44,779 bases of DNA from Gemmatimonadaceae bacterium (GTDB taxonomy: Bacteria > Gemmatimonadota > Gemmatimonadetes > Gemmatimonadales > Gemmatimonadaceae): assembly GCA_050733555.1 (NCBI GenBank), contig JBOHTE010000127.1:1-44779 (forward strand). Direction: 5' to 3'. Below, one piece after another: positions 27,328-34,400 of the stretch. Below the pieces are notes generated by a model. The model was not told where the DNA came from, ran no database searches, and saw only the letters and a list, made by a program, of their open reading frames with translations. The translations under genes and the position numbers were made by a program. The first letter of the stretch is position 1, and every line of letters begins with the position of its first letter.

Positions 27328-28254
27328 TCAGTCGGCCGCGTTCGACACTTTCTGGTGCAGCGGACGCACGGGAGGATGCTGCAGCTTGAGGCTTCGGGCC
27401 GCGGTCGTGAAGCGGAACTCGGAGAGCAATCGCTCGATGCGCGGCGCCGTCCGTGCGAGTCCACCGTAATGCCGCAGCCGCGTGTACCATGGCACATCCA
27501 GTCGCGGCTGCTCGGGATCGAGCTCCCAGGGATGCACGTAGAAGGTGGCGGGGATGTCGCTGGAACCGAATTCGTGAAACGCGCGGCGCGTGACGTTGTA
27601 GGGAAAGTGACGCAGATACGCCCCGCCGGCCGCGGGCACCCGCATCCCCCGCCATGCTGTCGTGGCGAGCGGAAGCTCGCAGAGCGATCCGCCGCCGCGA
27701 TGAATCATGTGCGGAACCGTAGGCGCGTGCGGATAGCCGTACCCCGGTCGACGAATTGGGAAGAGGCTGGAATCGTAGCGATATCCTTCCTCGAGCAGGA
27801 TGTCGAACGCCCACTCACCGCCCGGCTTGATGGAAAAGTTGGGAGCGCGGAATCCCAGCACGGCTGTGCCGCAGACACGTTCGAGCACCGCCTTGGAGGC
27901 GCGCACATCGTCGCGGAATTCCTCCTGGCTCATCGTGTCCACCCGGCGATGCCAGAAGCCGTGGGATGCGATCTCATGTCCGGCATCGTGAATGCGGCGG
28001 ACGACGAGCGGGTAGCGATCCGCGATCCAACCGAGCGTGAAGAACGTGCCGATGGTATCATGGCGGGCAAGCAGCTCGAGCGTGAGATCAACCGTCCGCT
28101 CGATGCGGCTCGGATAGCTTCCCCATTCACTGCGTCGAACCACGCGTTCGAACGCGGCGACCTGGAAGTATTCTTCGACGTCGACTGTAAAGATATGTTC
28201 CACTGCGTTTGCGGACACAGGCAGAAGTGTGAGCGAGGCCAGGGCGCCAGGCAT
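27328..28254 (-). CDS. polysaccharide deacetylase, PEP-CTERM/XrtA-locus subfamily-like
   Basis: 'HIFTVDVEEYFQVAAF', 'FFTLGWIADRYP', 'GHEIASHGFWH'. Start set at ATG 28254, because the GTG at 28290 lies inside the candidate sigma-54 promoter. Confidence 0.8.
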   Translation of the reverse strand: MPGALASLTLLPVSANAVEHIFTVDVEEYFQVAAFERVVRRSEWGSYPSRIERTVDLTLELLARHDTIGTFFTLGWIADRYPLVVRRIHDAGHEIASHGFWHRRVDTMSQEEFRDDVRASKAVLERVCGTAVLGFRAPNFSIKPGGEWAFDILLEEGYRYDSSLFPIRRPGYGYPHAPTVPHMIHRGGGSLCELPLATTAWRGMRVPAAGGAYLRHFPYNVTRRAFHEFGSSDIPATFYVHPWELDPEQPRLDVPWYTRLRHYGGLARTAPRIERLLSEFRFTTAARSLKLQHPPVRPLHQKVSNAAD

Positions 28255-28285
28255 GATCGGCGACGTGGTGGCGAGGGCATCCTCT

Positions 28286-28301
28286 TGCACTTAAGGTGCC
28301 A
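28286..28301 (-). promoter_or_regulatory. candidate sigma-54 -24/-12 promoter (minus strand TGGCACCTTAAGTGCA)
   Basis: Perfect -24 hexamer TGGCAC. GG (28300-28299) and GC (28288-28287) have exact 10-nt spacing. The -12 element is GTGCA against TTGCA. It sits directly upstream of the 9-gene minus-strand operon. Confidence 0.5.
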
Positions 28302-28445
28302 CCCAGGAAGGACGATTCATCCCAGCTTTACGTTGCCAAGCTTCGACATGCGGCGTCCTATGCGTGCACAGAGTTGGCGGCGTTGACTCGCTCCTGCACT
28401 ATCTGCCTTCACGAACTGTTGCGCTGAGTCAACACTGTTGGATCG

Positions 28446-29108
28446 GTGAGCATGACTATCGCGAGAGAGAAAATATCACCTGATGCGGGCGAACCGCTCA
28501 TGGGCGGACCATCGCGATCGTCGGCGTTGCGCGTCGCGCTTCGGCATCCCGGGAAAGCGCTGTCGGTCGCGCTGGAGCTGGCGCGCGGGAAGTGGTACAA
28601 ACTCTGGTACCCGCTGCGTGGCGTTCGTTTCGAAGCAGGGCGCAATCTGCGCGTGTCGGGTCGGCTCATCGTGCGAGGACCCGGACGCGTGATCTTCGGA
28701 GACAATGTGCACGTGGATGCGGTGGTGACGCCGTGGACGCTCGACGCGAACGCCGTAATCAGGGTCGGGGATGGTTCCTACGTGAACGGTACGCGCTTCA
28801 GCTGTCAACAGGAGATCACCATTGGCACTCGAACGCTCCTGTCGGACGCGCGCATTCTCGACACGGATTTTCACAGTACGATGGCGAATCGGCACGACCC
28901 GTCCGCGCCCGTGCGCGTCGCCCCGATCCACATCGGGGACAACGTCTGGATCGCGATGTCCGCGGGCATTTTGCCGGGTACGCGCATCGGCGCCAATTCC
29001 GTCGTCGGCTATGGCGCCGTGTGCGCCGGCACGTATCCCGCGAATTCGATCATCGTGGGCAATCCGGCGAAGGTCGTGGGCCCCGTTCCGAACAGCACAC
29101 ACGACTGA
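28446..29108 (+). CDS. hexapeptide-repeat (left-handed beta-helix) O-acetyltransferase
   Basis: 'IHIGDNVWIAMSAGILPGTRIGANSVVGYGAVCAGTYPANSIIVGNPAKVV', as in WbbJ/Maa-type acetyltransferases. Start is GTG 28446 or ATG 28452. Confidence 0.8.
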   Translation: MSMTIAREKISPDAGEPLMGGPSRSSALRVALRHPGKALSVALELARGKWYKLWYPLRGVRFEAGRNLRVSGRLIVRGPGRVIFGDNVHVDAVVTPWTLDANAVIRVGDGSYVNGTRFSCQQEITIGTRTLLSDARILDTDFHSTMANRHDPSAPVRVAPIHIGDNVWIAMSAGILPGTRIGANSVVGYGAVCAGTYPANSIIVGNPAKVVGPVPNSTHD

Positions 29109-29155
29109 CTCGCGCGGCCTTGCCCGGAGCGCACCCCGAATTCAGTATTCGAATT

Positions 29156-29749
29156 GTGTTCACCGCGCTCACCATTTTCGACAGCGCGCTGGTCGCCTTG
29201 CGGCTGGTGCTCTTCGTCCTCGCCGCCGTCGCGTTCGTCGTTTTCGCTCTGGACTGGCTCGTCCGCACGCGCAGGGTGAATGCGTTCGGCTCGATTGCCA
29301 AGTTCTGCCGCCGCGTGGTGGACCCGCTGATCTTGCCGGTCGAACGGCGCGTGGTGCGCGCCGGAGGGCTTCCCACCAGCGCGCCGTGGTGGGCGCTCGT
29401 CACGATCGTGATCGGCGGCATCCTGCTCATTCTGGGCCTGCAATTCCTGCGCGACATGCTGGCGAGCGCCATGCTCTCGGCCAGTTCGGGGAGTCGCGGA
29501 CTCTACCATCTGCTCGTGAGCTGGACGATCGGCATCCTGCAGCTGGCATTGATCATTCGCGTGCTGGCGTCGTGGCTGCGGATCAGCGAGTACAAGCCCT
29601 GGATTCGCTGGACGGTGCCGCTCACGGAATGGCTGCTGCGCCCGCTGCGCAGCATCATCCCGCCATTCGGCATGATGGATGTCTCGCCCATCGTCGCGTA
29701 CTTCCTGCTCATGCTGCTCGGCGGCGTGCTGCACTCCATCGGCGCCTGA
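29156..29749 (+). CDS. yggT: YggT-family membrane protein (two YGGT repeats)
   Basis: 'FCRRVVDPLILPVERRV' and 'LTEWLLRPLRSIIPPFGMMDVSPIVAYFLLMLL' are the two YggT repeat signatures. Start assigned to GTG 29156, because the ORF frame is open from 28592 and overlaps the acetyltransferase. Confidence 0.7.
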   Translation: MFTALTIFDSALVALRLVLFVLAAVAFVVFALDWLVRTRRVNAFGSIAKFCRRVVDPLILPVERRVVRAGGLPTSAPWWALVTIVIGGILLILGLQFLRDMLASAMLSASSGSRGLYHLLVSWTIGILQLALIIRVLASWLRISEYKPWIRWTVPLTEWLLRPLRSIIPPFGMMDVSPIVAYFLLMLLGGVLHSIGA

Positions 29750-29832
29750 TGAGCGAGCTGGTCATCACGGAGCATGGCCGGGCGCTGCGATTCGCGGTCC
29801 GCCTCACGCCCCGGGCGCCGCGTGGGCGATGA
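29749..29832 (+). pseudogene. 27-codon remnant of a DUF167/YggU-like gene
   Basis: 'MSELVITEHGRALRFAVRLTPRAPRGR*' aligns with the N-terminus of YggU ('...DGLVLRLYIQPKASRD...'). Its ATG overlaps the yggT stop (TGATGA), as in conserved yggT-yggU synteny. It stops about 70 codons short of full length. Confidence 0.35.
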
Positions 29833-29835
29833 CGG

Positions 29836-31278
29836 TCACGGATTCCCGGTGTCCTTCACCAGAATCGCGGCTTCGGAATTCCGCAGCGTCACCTGCGTAA
29901 CGGGTGATCCCAGCGTTCCGTCGTCGTGCAGCGGACGCAACGATTGCCCGTGAGGGAGCGGCACCGTGACCGCGGTGGAATCGTCGAAGCGCTGGGTGTC
30001 CCAACCAACGACCGGCCGGATGAGTACCACGGCGCGATCGAACGGGCGCGACCACACACGATAGTCGTGACCGGTTGGATCCTTGCCCTTCGCGATGACC
30101 GCGCGCGCGCCACGCGGATGGCCGATATCCGCTTCCTCTGCCCTGAGCCAGACCTCCGAGAACGGCACGCTCCACGAATTCGACATGTCCAGGAGCAGCC
30201 GGTCCGGTGACGCCGGCACGACCATGTAGTAGCTGGCGAGCTCGAAGAGCTTCCAGCGCGCGGCGCTCGATGAATAGCCACCGGGTGAATACGTCGCGAA
30301 GACGCTGCGGCGACTGTTGACTTCGCCCCAACTGTTCTGCGAGACCAGCTCCAGGAGCGCGCCGTGCCGGAGCAGATCATCGAGGAAGGTCCAGCGCCCC
30401 TCCATGTCGCCGGAGATCGGATTGTTCATCCCCTCGAGATGCGCGGCGCCCGCGGCCAGGATCATCTCGCGATCCGGCGGATTTCTGTACGCCGCGGTGT
30501 TGATCATGAGGATCCTCGACCCCAGGGCCTTCTTCGCGTCCGCGAGCAGCCGCGTGAGGTCTTCGTCGTAGCCCTTGAGTTCCGGATACTCGAGCGCGCC
30601 AGGTTTGAGGTGCCCGTGAATTCCACCTGCCCCGAACTCATCGAGGAAGACGCCGTCCGATCCCGCTGCGATGCGCGACATGCGATCCGCTTCATAGGCG
30701 CGCACGGCCGGATTCCCCGGATTCAGCGCATAGCGGTTCTGCTTGTCCCAGATCTGGATCACCACGCGATTCGCCGCGGTTCTGTCGCCACCGGGCTTGT
30801 GCAGCAACGCGTTTTCGAGTGTGTCCCCCGGATGCGTGCCGAACCAGTCGGCGAGATCGGAATAGGATCCGGAAGTCAGCTTGGCGGCATCCTTTCCGCC
30901 GGGTACGTACACGGTCCAGAGCAGTGCATACGGCAGCGTCCGGATTCCCGGGTTCAGCCGGCGGTACGCCGCGGCGTCGCCGGACATGACATAGTCGAAG
31001 TGGGCCGCGTTCCACGCACGCTCCCGGCCCTGCGCCGGGGGCTTCACGTACAGGGTGCGGAAGTCGGTCACCATGGTGCGAATGTGCGGCCAGTGCGGCG
31101 AACTGTCGCGGTAGGAGCTAAACAACAGCGCACTGTCGCCCATCACCGGCGCCCGCGCCGTATCCCGCCTCACGTTGTGCAGCGCATTCGAATCGTTCGT
31201 GCCACGTGCGCCCGGCCAGATGGCGGCCGGTGCGATGATCAGGCAGAGCACCAGGGAACGACGCACCAGCATGGTCAC
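29836..31278 (-). CDS. secreted protein, possibly a GH114/PelA-like TIM-barrel polysaccharide hydrolase
   Basis: 480 aa with signal peptide 'MTMLVRRSLVLCLIIAPAAIWPGARG'. 'SDGVFLDEFG' resembles the 'DG(V/W)FLD' strand of GH114-like hydrolases. The CDS is well supported, but the function is low confidence. Confidence 0.5.
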   Translation of the reverse strand: MTMLVRRSLVLCLIIAPAAIWPGARGTNDSNALHNVRRDTARAPVMGDSALLFSSYRDSSPHWPHIRTMVTDFRTLYVKPPAQGRERAWNAAHFDYVMSGDAAAYRRLNPGIRTLPYALLWTVYVPGGKDAAKLTSGSYSDLADWFGTHPGDTLENALLHKPGGDRTAANRVVIQIWDKQNRYALNPGNPAVRAYEADRMSRIAAGSDGVFLDEFGAGGIHGHLKPGALEYPELKGYDEDLTRLLADAKKALGSRILMINTAAYRNPPDREMILAAGAAHLEGMNNPISGDMEGRWTFLDDLLRHGALLELVSQNSWGEVNSRRSVFATYSPGGYSSSAARWKLFELASYYMVVPASPDRLLLDMSNSWSVPFSEVWLRAEEADIGHPRGARAVIAKGKDPTGHDYRVWSRPFDRAVVLIRPVVGWDTQRFDDSTAVTVPLPHGQSLRPLHDDGTLGSPVTQVTLRNSEAAILVKDTGNP

Positions 31279-31388
31279 TCCTCCACAGAATGGCAGACTG
31301 CGCCCAGGGTGGATCGAGCCGCGGCCTCGTGCACGATCCTTGCCCCGAACCCGTCACCGGCGTACACTACGAGGACAGAAATGTGTCC

Positions 31389-31440
31389 CGTGGCGATTTA
31401 CGGCAACTTGCGGCCACGTAAAATATTCGCTAAAGCGCCG
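31389..31440 (+). promoter_or_regulatory. H-type pseudoknot leader resembling a SAM-II (metA-motif) riboswitch
   Basis: P1 is CGTGGC (31389-94) paired with GCCACG (31413-18). L1 is U-rich, GATTTA. P2 5' strand is CGGCAACTTGCG (31401-12). L3 is A-rich, TAAAATATT. P2 3' strand is CGCTAAAGCGCCG (31428-40). It lies directly upstream of metH. Confidence 0.45.
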
Positions 31441-31469
31441 GCCCGGTGCCTGTGCGCGCCGGGCATTTT
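31441..31469 (+). terminator. intrinsic terminator/attenuator hairpin in the metH leader
   Basis: 9-bp stem, GCCCGGTGC (31441-49) paired with GCGCCGGGC (31456-64) including one G-U pair, with a 6-nt loop. It is followed by ATTTT and ends 16 nt before the metH ATG. Confidence 0.5.
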
Positions 31470-31484
31470 CGTAGGGGACGATCC

Positions 31485-34400
31485 ATGACCCGCTCCAGTT
31501 CCTCGCCGCGCTATCTCGCTGAGCTCTCGCGTCGCGTGCTCATTTTCGACGGCGCCATGGGCACGAACATCCAGCGCCAGCACCTCACCGCCCAGGACTT
31601 CGGCGGGAAGGCCACCGAGGGGTGCAACGACTACCTGGTGCTCACGCGGCCGGACGTCATCCGCGGCATTCATGAATCGTTCCTCGCCGTTGGTTGTGAC
31701 GTCGTCGAAACCTGCACATTCCAGAGTACCCCGCGCCGCCTGCACGAGTGGGGACTGGGCGACAGGATGCGCGACATCAACGTGGAGGCGGCGCGCCTGG
31801 CGCGGGCGGCGTGCGACGCGTACGCCACACCGGATCGCCCGCGCTTCGTCGCCGGCTCCATGGGCCCCACCGGCATGCTGCCGTCGAGCAGCGACCCCGT
31901 CCTCTCGGCCATCACGTTCGCCGAACTGAGCGAGAATTTCCATCACCAGGCCAGTGGTCTCGTGGAGGGCGGCGCGGATCTGCTGCTCATCGAGACGGCC
32001 CAGGACATTCTCGAGGTGAAGGCGGCCATTGCGGGCATCGAGCAGCTCTTCACCGAACTGGGTCGGCGCATCCCGATCCAGACGCAGGTCACGCTCGACA
32101 CGAGTGGACGCATGCTGCTGGGCACCGACATCGCCAGTGCGATGACCACGCTGGAAGCGCTTGGCGTGGACGTGATCGGACTCAACTGCTCCACCGGTCC
32201 CGAACACATGCGGGAGCCGATCCGGTATCTCGGCGAGCACGCGTCGCGGCCGGTGTCGTGCATCCCGAATGCGGGACTGCCACTCAACACGGGAACCGGC
32301 GACGCCGTGTATCCGCTCGAGCCCGAGCCCCTGGCCCGCGCGCTCGCGGAGTTCGTGCGCGACTTCGGTGTGCGCGCCGTAGGCGGCTGTTGCGGCACCA
32401 CGCCGGAGCATCTCGACGCGGTGGTGCATGCCGTGCGCGGCAACGGGCAATCGGAACGGGCACGTGACGATGGTGCGCGTGGTCGCCACCACGTGTCCCG
32501 GGTCTCCTCCGGCATGCGGGCGATCACCCTGCACCAGGACCCGCCGCCGCTGCTCATTGGCGAGCGCGTGAATTCGCAGGGATCGCGCAAGGTGAAGCAG
32601 TTCCTGCTCGCGGATGACTACGAAGGGCTGCTCGAGGTCGCGCGCCACCAGGTCGATTCCGGCGCGCACGTGCTCGACGTCTGCGTGGCACTCACGGAGC
32701 GTGGCGACGAGGCCGAGCAGATGGCGCAGACGGTCAAACTGCTCTCCATGAGTGTGGAGACGCCGCTCATGATCGACAGCACCGAGCCCGATGTCGTGGC
32801 GCGCGCCCTCGAGCACATCCCCGGGCGCGCGATCGTCAACTCCATCAACATGGAGAATGGCACCACACGCATCGAGGCGGTGCTGCCGCTCGTCAAGCGG
32901 CACGGCGCCGCCGTGGTCGCGCTCACCATCGATGAAGCGGGCATGGCGAAGACGCGGGAGCGGAAGCTCGAGATTGCCCGTCGCATACATGACATCGCGG
33001 TGGGCGAGTACGGCCTCGCGCCGGGAGATCTCATCTTCGACGCGCTGACCTTCACGCTCGCCACCGGGGAGGCCGAGTGGGTGGACAGCGCAACGGAAAC
33101 CATCGAGGGCATCCGGTGCATCAAGCGCGAGCTGCCGGGCGTGTTCACGTCGCTGGGCGTGAGCAACGTGAGCTTCGGGCTCGCCCCCGGTGCGCGCGCC
33201 GCGCTCAACTCGGTGTTCCTCCACCACTGTGTGCAGGCGGGGCTCGACATGGCCATCGTGAACCCCGCGCACATCCGGCCCTACGCAGAGCTCTCCACGG
33301 AAGAGCGGGAGCTGTCGGACGATCTGGTCTTCAATCGCCGGCCCGACGCCCTGCAGCGGTTCATCGAGCGATTCGACGAGAGCACGAACGCGGCATCCCG
33401 CGCGGCGACCCGCCAGGACGAGGATCCGACGGCAGGCATGAGCGTGGATGAGAAGATTCACTGGCGCATCGTGCATCGGAAGAAGGACGGCATCGAGGAA
33501 TTGCTCGACGAGGCCGGCGTGCGCGAGCAGCCGGTGCGCGTCCTGAACGAGGTGCTGCTGCCCGCGATGAAGGACGTCGGCGACAAGTTCGGCGCGGGCG
33601 AGCTGATTCTCCCCTTCGTGCTGCAGAGCGCGGAGGTGATGAAGAAGGCCGTCAAGCACCTCGAACAGTTTCTCGAGCGCTCCGAGGGCTACACCAAGGG
33701 CAAGGTGGTGCTGGCCACGGTGTACGGCGACGTGCACGACATTGGCAAGTCGCTCGTGAACACCATTCTCTCCAACAACGGCTACACCGTGTTCGACCTG
33801 GGCAAGCAGGTCCCGGTGAACACGATCATTGACAAGGCGGTGGAAGTGGGGGCGGACGCGATCGGGCTCTCGGCGCTCCTCGTCTCGACGAGCAAGCAGA
33901 TGCCCATCTGCGTACAGGAGCTGGACAAGCGCGGACTCGCCTTTCCGGTGATGATCGGCGGTGCCGCGATCAACCGCCGATTCGGCCGGCGCGCGCTGTT
34001 CGTAGAGGGCGAGCGCGCGTATGCCCCTGGCGTGTTCTACTGCAAGGATGCCTTCGAGGGGCTCGAGACCGTGGAAACGCTCCTGGATGCGGCGCGGCGT
34101 CCGGAGTTCGTGACGCGCAATCTGGACGACGCGAAGCGCGATGTGTTCCTGCACACGCAGGTGGGGAAGGATGTGTCGGCCGGATCGGACGGCGGCGCGC
34201 GGAGCGATGTGGCGGCGGACAACCCGGTACCCGTGCCGCCCTTCTACGGCACGCGCGTACTGCACGACATCCCGTTGGCCGAGGTGCTGTCGCTGCTGGA
34301 TCTGGATGAGCTCTATCGGCTGCAGTGGGGCGGGCGCGGCTCCGGCGCCGAGTTCGATGCGCTGGTCCGCACCGAGTTCGAGCCGACGCTCGCCCGACTG

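Noticed and set aside
26306-27814. Full 502-aa version of the FemAB-like ORF
   Set aside because: The N-terminal 163 codons overlap the upstream deacetylase gene. ATG 27325 lies 2 nt after that gene's stop and begins the recognisable FemAB-like sequence.
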